A DNA stretch of 63,925 nt, filler included, from Craspedostauros australis (lineage: Eukaryota), in the NCBI GenBank assembly GCA_030167865.1. It is 6 parts of 6 records of this genome, joined end to end, with 100 filler letters (N's around TTAATTAATTAA, not from the genome) between each part and the next. Parts side by side here need not be neighbours in the genome. Positions count along the whole stretch, not along the records: positions 29,232 to 38,143 come from JALAGF010004502.1; positions 38,244 to 52,973 come from JALAGF010004504.1; 4 more parts are not named here. One strand, written 5' to 3'. The notes under the pieces are model-generated. The model did not search any database, had not been told where the DNA came from, and saw nothing but the letters and a program-made list of their open reading frames with translations. The translations under genes were made by a program, and so were the position numbers. Of this stretch, positions 34,729 through 45,942 are shown piece after piece (position 1 is the first letter of the stretch; every line of letters starts with the position of its first letter).

Positions 34729-37700
34729 GCGCGAAACAAAACAATTCGCAAAATCCAATCACACGTACACGAAGTCCCACATCAACCCTCTCACGAAATC
34801 TCTGGAACATTTACCCCACGCTCGGCATCGACCTGGCTTGCGGCAAAAGTCAAACTCAGCCCAGTGACACTGACGCTCCTGCACTTCTCTCTCTGCAAGG
34901 CCTTGCCTCCTTCTTCACTAATCGTCATGCTTTTGCATCTCCACAAAAGGCAGAAAACTGTCTCTCTCCCAATGCTCCATTCGAATTGGTGTGGGACAGT
35001 GGAGCCTCTATTTCCGTCACAAATGATCTCGATGACTTCTGCACCACTCCAAGTCTTCCACCGAAACCAACTTTTCTAAGCGGATTCCTCAAGAAAATCC
35101 AAGTGAATGCATTGGGGACAGTGGAATGGCATGTGCTCGACGTGCGTGGAAGCCCACGCAAACTACGGTTGCCCGCCTTCTATGTACCCTTGTCCAAAGT
35201 GAAGCTCATCAGCACTTCGAGTCTCCTCGAAGAATACCCTGGAGAAACAATCGTCTTTGACAATTCTTCATGCAAATTGAGCGGATTGGACGGGCACGAG
35301 GGTCGCAGCGCTGTCGTTGCCAACTACAAGAAGTCAACGAAACTACCAACTTCAGTTGGTTACAACTCGGACAACATCCACGACCTACCCAAAGCGCTCT
35401 TGTCAATTGTTTCAACTGTGTCAGACCACAACATCAATCTCACTCAACCGCAAAAGGAACTTCTCCGTTGGCACTACCGCCTCGGGCACTTATCCTTCAA
35501 CAGAGTGAAATTCCTTCTACGTTCAGGCGTTCTCACAGGATCCGAAGCATCCCGAAAAATGCACACCACAGCCGCCAAAGTCACCGACCTCCCTCTTTGT
35601 GCCGCATGTCAGTTTGGAAAGTTACACCGGCGCCCTTCGCCAGGTATAACCCAACATGTCGTGCGTGACAGACAAGGCGTGTTACGGACCGACCACCTGT
35701 TCCCAGGCCAACAAGTGTCAGTAGACCACTTCGTCGGACGAACACCAGGCCGCCTCTTTACAGGAAGAGGAAAAGGAGACCCAATTGATATGTATAAGGG
35801 CGGAGCCATCTTTGTTGATCACGCATCAAGCTACATTCACGTGGAACCAGTAGCAGCGCTGACTACGCACGCTACACTAGAAGCCAAGGAACGATTCGAG
35901 CTAATGTGTCGCAATGTCGGCGTGCCCGTACGCTCTTACCTATCAGACAACGCAACCACCTTCACCTCACCAGAGTACACTCGACACCTCGAAGCCTTCC
36001 ATCAAGTCCATCGATTCGCCGGAGTCGGAGCCCACCATCACAATGGCATAGCAGAGCGAAGCATCCGCACCGTCGTGTCGATGGCCCGAACAATGATGAT
36101 GCACCAAAGTATTCATTGGCCCGACATGTTTGATGCGCAGCTATGGCCCATGGCAGTGGTACACGCAGCTTACATTTACAACCGTGTGCCCAATCCAGCA
36201 ACAGGACTAACTCCATACGATGTTCTCTCTCGTGTCCGGCTCCCACTCAAACAGCTCCACAATCTACACGTGTGGGGCAGCCCTGTGTATGTACTCAACA
36301 AAGCACTTGCAGATGGACGCAAGATACCTTGATGGAACCAAGAGGAGAGCGATACGTCAACGTGGGTCTCTCTACAAAGCATGCTTCGACAGTGCCTTTA
36401 GTACTCTCACCACGTACAGGATCCATCACACCTCAATTCCATGTGGTGTTCGACGATTGGTTCGCTACTATAGCAACTGATCCCAAACACCTGCCGAACT
36501 ACCAATCAGAAGAGTGGACACGTATGTTTGGTGACACAACCTTCCAGTATCCATTTGATGAAGACGACGTAGAGGCCATGGAACAGGGAGAAACCCTCAA
36601 CTCCGACCTCAAAGACCACAGTCGATTGAAGCGAAACGATGCGATTGAACCAAACATTCCAACCTCGCCTCACACCCCCTTTCCATCCGCTAACGATCAA
36701 GGCGCGAAGGCACCTTCGCTACCTGCTCCAAGGCAGAAACCAATGATGCAAACGGACGCGGGGTTCACAGATGATGACCTCACCCCTCTAATGTCAATTT
36801 CAGAGGGAGTGAATCAACCAATGTCTTCGACAGAGGGAGCCTTCAGCTACCCTCCAACAGCAAGTGAAGGCAATGAACTCCAAGAGCGCCCCGCTTCACA
36901 AGAACTGCAACGGGAACCTTCTGACCAGCTCCCTGATCCATTGAAGAAAGATCAGTTAGCTCCACTACCACTTCAACCCGTGTCCTCTATGCAAACACCC
37001 AATATACCAGACGCTACGACCTCTTCACCAATTCCATCAACGTCCACGACTACACCCAAACGAGAACGGAGCACCCGGATTCGCAAAGAGCCACGGCGAT
37101 TCACCTATGGACGCCTTGGAGGCAAGGCAGCATGGCTTGAAGACGACGATAGTGATGAGTACCTCCTTTGTGTTGCGACGGCTGCTGAAGAAGAAATTGA
37201 ATCAGACGACGCCACATCTGACATACATCCAGATTCGTATCCAATTCACGTATTCTCACGAGCTGTCATCGATTGTCTGAACACAATTGAGTTTCTGCAA
37301 CGAAACAGCAGTGACCCTCTCTCTATCTACCTCCACGATTTCAAGGTCAACTCACTATACTTGCTGCGCCAACTCCGCCAACGCTACCGAACTCTCAACC
37401 CACGAGCTTCAGTCAACGACTTGCCAAGAATGGAGCCTGAGGCGTTTCAAGCGAACATGGTCGATTGGTGGCAACCAGAACCATCAGACATGACGGAGGA
37501 CGCCCCATTCAACGTAACAGATCTATACAAAGACTTCTTCCTGGACATGGAGCTCCACATCATGGAGGATCGCGAGTGCGAATTCCTCTTCGAGGAACAA
37601 CAGAACAAAGTGACAGTCTACGCTGTGCGCAAGTTCCTCGGGATCATGAGCAAATACATGCTCACAGGAATCATGACCCCACACTTCAATGCGCTCGACT

Positions 37701-39543
37701 TCGCAGCAAGCTCTCTTCGTGATCCAGCCGAATCCGACGACCTCGAAACGCTGATGAACCAAGGGCACACTCCTCCAGAATGCGGACTCGGAGCAACAAT
37801 GTTCAAGGCAAAGTTCCTCTCCATCTGGAATGCAATCGGACAGAGCCACAACTACCGGCTGGCGTTCGAATCCTTGCGACAGCACACCAGCACCATTCGC
37901 CCAGGACCATGGCAGCAACCCAGCAGATTCGAAGTTCAGCAATTTAACCTTGGAGTGCAAGAAGGAGGCACCGAGCCAGTCCATCACGTACCCAACACGC
38001 GCGAAACTGACTTTCAAGCCATCCTCCAAAGCACCCTAACAGTTGACCCGAGCTACATCCTTGACACCAACAACTGCATCCCACAGAAGGATTGGGCCAA
38101 CATCGAACAACACGCATACTCCGTGAACATCATTGAGCCACAGNNNNNNNNNNNNNNNNNNNNNNNNNNNNNNNNNNNNNNNNNNNNTTAATTAATTAAN
38201 NNNNNNNNNNNNNNNNNNNNNNNNNNNNNNNNNNNNNNNNNNNTGTGTGATGTGTTTTGTGTGATGTGTTTTGTGACGAGCAAAATGTGAGATCATGTGC
38301 CACATACTAACGTGTATTTAACGCGTACCAACCGAACGACATCTTCGACGTCGTATTCATGACTGAGTACCATACGATAAATACCCCAGAACATCAAAGA
38401 ACCTTCTGAGAAACAAGCAGCAGTTTCATGTTGTTCGACTCATACGACTCAAAAATACCTTGATGGGCTCATAAAACTTAAAATAAGGTCTAACCGGAAA
38501 GTGATTTGAATCAGTATTTGGTTTTAGAATATGGGGATTATGAATATGTGATTTGTTTGGATATCCGAGAAAAACGGTGTTGAGTCCCAGGACAAAGTGC
38601 AGGTCGACTCACTCGGGGGGCTCATATTCTCGCGTCTTGGGTTTAGCACCAGGCTCTGCTGCACCATACTCGCCATTCTCGTCGTACTCTTGGACACGAG
38701 GGGCATTCCACGTATCGTCATCACAGCTCTGTCTCGCTCCCCAGTGCTGCGAACTCGCAGGTAATCTTCGCTCCCTTCATCGGTGATTCTTTGGTTTCCT
38801 CTGTTGTCTGCGAGCCCAAACCAAGGACAAATAGTAATGACCCGCAAGATTGACGTTCAACAACTCTCGACCAACAGAGAGAGGCAGAGAGATACGCACA
38901 CAAGGAACCGAACCGAAGCGAAGCGAAGGGATCACAGGGGCCCTTGGCTCACAAAATCACGCGGTAGCCCACACCACCAATCTTGTCGCCACATTCCGAC
39001 ACGGAGAACAGCACCAATCTGCGGAACCACGGCACAATAGGCGCCTTGGCATAAATACAAGTACTCCATTGTACGATCAGCCGCATCACCGGTCCGATTG
39101 ACGATTTGGTCCGCGTCCACAACCTCAATTTCCGACCGTCTGATCGACCTTGGTTCTTGTTGCCAAATAGCAGTTTGCTCTGGTGGCAGCGCCTTCACCG
39201 TCTCGAAGGTCCGTCTACGTATCGAATCGTATCGTATCGCGCTCCGCATACCCGCACACCTATCTGCTATAGCGACAACGGCACCATCACTGTGCGGATA
39301 GTCGCGATCGTACCCAAAGAATCAAAGGCAAGGCATCGCAGTACTGCAGCAACGACCGACGAGGCGACGAAGAACCGCCACCTTTCGGTCTGGAATTGAA
39401 AACACCTCGTATTGTTCATAAAATCGCTCTCTTCTATCCCCTCCAAGCGAGCAACAGACCAAAGTCACCACCATCACCACCACCACCACCACCACCACCA
39501 CCATTATCAGCAGCAGCAGCAGCAGTAGCAGCAAAAGAACATC

Positions 39544-42500
39544 ATGATGGACAGCGCACCGACGAACTCGTCAACATCGTCGTCGATCCAAGAAGACAAC
39601 CATGATCTGTTCGAGTTGAATCCCAGCGCAACAAACGAACATGTGCCATCCGACGATGTCTCCGACATTGGTCTTACGGATGACAGCACCGACAACTTGC
39701 AGAACGGACAGACCAGCAAGGAAAGGCAAGAAGCATACGATGCTTTGGCAAGGGCAGAATCGAGACATGTGTGCTTGTCCAGAGCCGTCTTCTTAATCGT
39801 TCTTTCCGCAGCCGGAGCTGCGGCAGCGACTGCTGTCTACACGATCACCAAGGACAACGAAGAAGCAGACTTTCGAACGAGGGTAAGTACGATGAGCCAG
39901 GTAACTTAGTGGAGAGACCTCAGGAGTTGGTAGATGGAGGTATCGATGCATGTGCTCGAGTATGGTGAAAGATCGTTTCATCCACATGCAACACCCTCAC
40001 ACGAATCCCACTTTTCTTCTCTTCATCTTCCCAAAACACCAAACACTGTGCGACATACTCATAACGCAACGCAACACAACGCCATGCAAAAACCATCACC
40101 CATTTCTGCCCCCACTCCGTCCCATCATGTCCCAAACACCACCATCTACTCATGCCGCAACATGATATGCCACGACATGTCATGACATTGCATCACATGA
40201 TCTGTTGTTGCTCCTTCGAACACAACAACAATACGTGCGTACATATGATACCTATAATACGTACGTACGTACGTACGTATTGACCACACTACTCGCATGG
40301 CTCGGCCGAACAACAGTACGAAGACTTTGCGAACCAAGTGCTTGAGGTGTCTCAGCTCAACGCAGATGACATCTTTGCGACGTACGAAAGCTCCAGTCTT
40401 CACATCTCGTCTGCTGCGGAAGCCGCAGGTGAAACATGGCCGAACGTTACCGTGCCAAAGTTCGAAGCCCTTGGGCAGTACACTTCTCGGCGCACGGGCG
40501 CTTCGGGTCTCGGCGTGGTCGCGCTCGTATCTGATGCCACCAAGTCGGCGTATGAGCAATATCGCTTCGAGCAAAGCGATTGGATCCAAGACAGCCTCGA
40601 CTTTGCGGAATCGAACATGACGATCAGGTGGAACCCCCGGATCTCCAACATTGATTCTCTGACTGGAGCACCAACGTACCCAGAAGGACATGAATTATAC
40701 GCACCCGCATCCATGCTCTTTCCTATCGAAAAGCTCGGAAGCTACATCAACGTCGATGCATTCATGCAGCCGTACTTCCAGCGCGTCTTCGACGCTGTCA
40801 AGGTGAACAACAAGGCCGTTCTCTCCGAGATCGTCAACCTGGGAACCCCCGAGCAGAACGTGTCGGCCCTTCCGCGATCCCAGTGGCCCGCGAGCTACAT
40901 GGCAGCCCCAATCTATAGCTCAGTGGCGACGAAGAGCGCACAGCGAGGCAGTCCCGAGCAGGAGTTGGTCGGCTTGCTGTCTTCTGAGATTCCGTGGGAT
41001 TCATACTTCCACGACGTCGTGCCGGAAGGAATCGACGGAATCATCATGATCGTGCGCAACACATGCAACCAAACCTGCACCTACCTCATCGAGGGCCCCA
41101 CCGTCACATACCTCGGTGTGGGCGACAGACACGTGACCAGCTTGGACGAATACGAAGTTGATGACGATTTCACAGCATTCGTCAGTCTTGACGAATGTGT
41201 GTACTCCTTCCACATGTACCCCACCCAAGAGTTTAGGGATGGATACGACACAAATGCTCCCGTCATCAACACCGTTGCTGTCGTGGCCATCTTCCTGATG
41301 ACAGCCATCGCCTTTGCTGTCTACAACCAGCTGGTCGAGAAACGCCAAAGCAAGGTCATGGACTCCGCCACACGATCCCAGGCCATCGTCAGCTCTCTGT
41401 TCCCCGCAAATGTCCGAGACAGATTGATGAACAGCGAGAACAGCAATGGCGTCGGAGGACCTCCGGTCAAGAGCACCAAAGACAAAGGAGCAAGCGGCAA
41501 CAGACTGGATGCATTTCGGCGCATGGGTGCACTCGCCACCTCTGCAGCAACCGCAGCGGCCGGATCATCGATGCATGCTGGCAACACATCCAAGGCTCAA
41601 GACTTCATGGACAGTGCTCACAACTACACGGACGGCGAAGACTACAATCGCGCAAGCCAGCCGATCGCAGACTTCTTCCCCAACGTCACGGTCCTTTTCG
41701 CCGACATCGTCGGGTTCACGGCTTGGTCTTCAACACGTGATCCAGTCGAGGTCTTCACCCTCCTGGAGACGCTGTACAACGCTTTCGATCGAATCGCAGG
41801 ACGACTGAAGGTCTTCAAGGTGGAAACAATCGGTGACTGTTACGTTGCCGCATGTGGTCTCCCGGAACCTCGCGACGACCACGCTGTCGTCATGTTCCGA
41901 TTCGCACGCGTCTGCATGACGAAGATGAACGACGTCGTCCACAGGCTGGCCACCACGCTGGGACCAGGTACCGCAGAGCTGTCCATGCGGTTTGGCCTCC
42001 ATTCCGGCCCAGTGACCGCTGGCGTGCTGCGCGGTCAGAAGTCACGCTTCCAGCTGTTCGGAGACACGATGAACACTGCTGCGCGCATCGAGAGCACAGG
42101 ATCGCCCAACCGTATCCACATATCGAAGGAAACGGCACAAGAACTGGAGAGACATCAAAAGTCGGCCTGGTTGCGGAAGCGCGAGGACGCCGTCGTAGCC
42201 AAAGGCAAAGGCGAGCTCCAGACCTTCTGGGGCGTCCTCCCATCCACCCAGTCCGTGTCATCCAAGATGTCTGCCGCGATGACGATTCAGTCAAAACCCA
42301 CCGAACTAAGGTCCAGTGCAAGCGAAGCAGAGGTTCAGGCAGCCTCAGAGCTCGCGGCTCAGGCAAAAACACGGACGGAGCAGCTGATTTCGTGGAACGT
42401 CGAGAACTTGCAGCGAATTCTCAGAAAGATCACAGCGACACGCCCCACGTCCAATGGACGACAACAGAACAAGCGAAACGGACAGCAAGAGACAAACCCA

Positions 42501-43595
42501 GATCAGCAGCTGCAAAGATCCAGCACCGGCTCCGATCCAAGAATCACCCCGTTGGAAGAGGTCAAAGACGTCCTGCACTTCGCGGAGCAAGGACCAACTT
42601 ATGTTCAGGACCCGAGATCCATCCAGCTCGGACCAGATGTCACAGCGCAATTGGCGGACTTTGTTCGCACCGTCGCCCAGTTCTACAACGACAACCACTT
42701 CCACTCATTTGAGCACGCCAGTCACGTTGTCCAGTCCGTCTGCAAGCTCCTCACACGAATGAACACTGCAAGCCTGTCCGAAGCGAGCGCCGGAAGCAGC
42801 CACGACGCTCGCCGTCCGAGCGGCACCGACATCGGCACTTACATCCACAGTATTTCATCCGACCCGTTGGTCGAATTTGCGTGCGTATTCTCGGCCCTCA
42901 TCCACGACGTTGACCACTTCGGCGTACCGAATGTCACCTTATGCGAAGAACGGCACGAGCTGGCGCTTCAGTACAAGAACAAGTCAATTGCCGAGCAGCA
43001 TTCGATTGATGTGGCGTGGAATCTCCTCATGGAGCCACGCTACCAGGCACTGCGGTCTTCGATCTACTCCACGACCGAAGAGATGCAGCGCTTCCGCGAC
43101 CTCGTCGTTAGCGCCGTGATTGCCACTGACATCATGGACAAAGAGTTGAAAAGTCATCGCCACGATCGTTGGGAGAAAGCATTTGCTGCGTCGCCGCAAG
43201 GCGTCGTGGGGAACACACTCGACATCCTTCTCAAACGCGACGTCCAGGGAACGGTCGTTCTGGAGCACCTCATCCAGGCATCTGACGTTGCTCACACCAT
43301 GCAGCACTGGCACGTGTTCCTGAAGTGGAACGAGAAGCTGTTCGATGAAATGTACGCAGCGTTCTTGAAGAAGACTGGTGGCATAGATCCGTCAGAGGGA
43401 TGGTACAGAGGAGAGCTCTGGTTCTTCGACAACTACATCATCCCCCTGGCCGAAAAGCTCAAGGAATGCACCGTGTTCGGGGTATCGTCCGACGAGTATC
43501 TGACCTATGCGAAGGCAAACCGGCAGGAGTGGGAGCAAAAGGGCGATGCCGTGGTGAAGAACTATCTCAAGAAGTTCAAGAACAACAGCGACTGA
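39544..43595 (+). CDS. Receptor-type cyclase-phosphodiesterase fusion (GC/PDE), complete; exons 39544-39882 and 40317-43595
   Basis: TM1, CHASE-like domain, TM2, cyclase (FADIVGFT, KVETIGDCY, FGDTMNTAAR), PDE (FHSFEHA, IHDVDH, IATDI, QASDVAH). GTAAGT..AACAG intron in phase 0. Confidence 0.93.
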
Positions 43596-45942
43596 ACGCA
43601 GAGAGCGAGATGCATTTCGATACTCGCAGGCTGATAGACGGAGACAAGTGCATACTCGGATGGCAGGGAGTTCTTGGGTTGGTTCTTTGGTTCGGCGATA
43701 GGCAAACAAGGAACTCAAGCAGAGCGGCGTTGGGGTGGGGGCACACGCACGCCTGTGGAAGAGCGAACATGGAAGACCCGGCCACAGATTCCGTCGAGAC
43801 GGAGGTTGAGCTTCGGTAGCGGAGGGAGCCATGGCCCAAAGCGAGTTGGCGTAGTGTGGTACATGGAGGAGCCTAGCGACTCGCGCTCTATGGGATCACG
43901 ATAGATCTATTGTAGTTTTACATTACGATGCATTACATTTCCTACTCGCACTTGTAGTTCGTATGTGGGACACTCTTGTATGTCACGAGAATCGACCTAC
44001 CGCGACCTTGCTTCCTACTCTAGTGTTTTGTAGTGAGTCGTGATTTCCTGGGACGTGAAGTTGTGTTTCGACGACCAGTCACGAGTATGTGCGACTGATA
44101 CGATCTTTGTCATTCTTCGTTTTGCGCGCCACTTTTCCGTTACGTTGAGATTGCATTGGTTGCTGTTGGGATTGTTCTGATCCATGGCACTTTGCTGTGT
44201 CTCTCTCCGTCGCTCTCCTACTCCGCCATGGTTGTACCATACCCCTTGTGTCGAAGAGATGCGGTTTGCATTCCCATTCTGGCGCATCGCACGCAAATCA
44301 TGTCCTCCGACGGCCTCTCCACGTTTGGTCGCAAACAACAAAAGTGGAAGCTCAACGCAGGGTCGAACAGAGGCGCGCGGAGAGAGGCATTGCGGTTACC
44401 AAGGTGTTCTGCGATGTTGAACCGGTTCTTGTGCGCTTCCGTTCCCCAAAAGCGATGAACGGCAAAGGAAAAGACGACCATCTATTATACGAGCGAAACA
44501 GCGATTCTGTTCTGTCTCCCTGGACCAGTCTTTGCGACGTAATGTTCAGTTGTGTTGGCGATGTCAGTGTTGGATTGGCAGCACGGCAACATCGGGAACT
44601 ACGAGCACTGACCCCGTGACGACATCAAGAACTTGGCCAGGCCCCTCTGGCCGCCGTTGTTGTTGGGTACTCGCACGAGCCCCCAGAGGCGAAGCGCACG
44701 ACAATCAGCGTTCGGGTCATGTTCGGGGAACAGCCAAGTCCACGAAAATTCTTCCTCTGCGACACTCGAGATGCGAGGAGCGTCTCAATCCGCCATTCCC
44801 GGCGAAGGCCTGCGCCTTCTGTCGTTCTCTCACCCGCCATGTTCATAGTCGTGCCTGTGCCAAACAAACATGCCTGAGCGGGGCCTCTGGAACGATGCCA
44901 TCACATTTCCAATCCGTGTTCATCAATCACATGGCACAGTGCGTCACTGCTGCTCCTGCTGGCATGGACGAGAGTCTCACCCCTTGCTTGGCGCGATGCA
45001 AATACGCAAGTGGCACACCAATACCAAGGGACATGGAGCCGTGATCATGACCGCGAGAGGAAAGGAAGAAGGGAGCTTCTGGTTGCGTTTCATGGACCAT
45101 GTGCTGTTTCCCTCACCGTTTGCCGCGCACATGCAAAATCACGTAGACATCATTGGCGGGTCATTCACTCCAAGAGCCGAGAACTCCTTGAACACAAAGA
45201 ATGACCATGGCAGGGAACAGGGGATTTCTGAGCCGCAAACGGAGCTGACAGCCCCCAGGAGATGTCTGCGGAACCAAAGAAGGCTTCAATGCGAGGATGT
45301 GCCCACATAGACTTCACGATTCCATGCCACGACGTCGAACCCCTTGCTGATGCCAATTTGCATCATCATCGACTCCAGAGATGCAGTGGACCTCACATGC
45401 CCAAGCAGGCACGACACTGGTCTGCGAATTGCACAAACGCAACCACCCCCAGCCAAGCAGTGCCAGCCATCCTCTTTGTGCCTCGACCTGATGCGCTTTT
45501 CCTTGTTCACATAAAAAGCAGCTTCGGCTTGCCCTTGCAAAAGCGCAGGAGAAGGTAAGCTTCTGTATGTGCACTTGTTGTCATACGAGCATCAGCGTCG
45601 GCGTCGACCATGGATGAGATTGTGGCTTTTTCATGGCATGATGGAGCATGCGCAATGATACCTACGCGAGCAACAACCGCAAACCTAGCCAATCCATGCA
45701 ATTCACGCACCAACCTTTCTCATATAATAGCACGGATACAATCCGGATACACTCACTCGTCTCGTCTTTCGTTCCATGCTCGTCTACCAGAGAGGCATCG
45801 GCACCACTCACCCTAAATCAATACAACAGCCATACGTGTTGCATTGTATAATACAATCCCTCCACATTTCAAGTCCACCACAAGCCTCGAGTACGCAGTA
45901 CTGCAAGACAACGAAATTAGTCGTATTCTACGATACACTACC

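Larger units (their letters stand above)
29592..38143 (+). mobile_element. Copia (CoDi-type) LTR retrotransposon, 5' portion: LTR, PBS, gag, protease, integrase; RT and 3' LTR lie beyond the contig end
   Basis: LTR homologous to two other copies, PBS, gag, WDSGAS protease, RWHYRLGHLS + CAAC GAG-pre-integrase, and rve core (VSVD, SDNA, NGIAER). PR-INT order is Copia-like. Confidence 0.92.
32910..38143 (+). pseudogene. Copia pol (TM-containing N-terminal extension, protease, integrase, long linker), disrupted by an LTR insertion and a stop plus frameshift at about 36330
   Basis: Removing 33430-34728 plus one GCGCG fuses ...YSKYGA to KQNNSQNP... in frame. KIP-TGA-TGG-AAC corresponds to the expected KIPRWEPRG, with the integrase C-terminus (SPRTGSITPQFHVVFDDWF) in another frame. 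Confidence 0.85.

Noticed and set aside
25305..43595. Divergent GC/PDE pair separated by a retrotransposon insertion
   Set aside because: The three pieces lie on different contigs; order and orientation are unverified.
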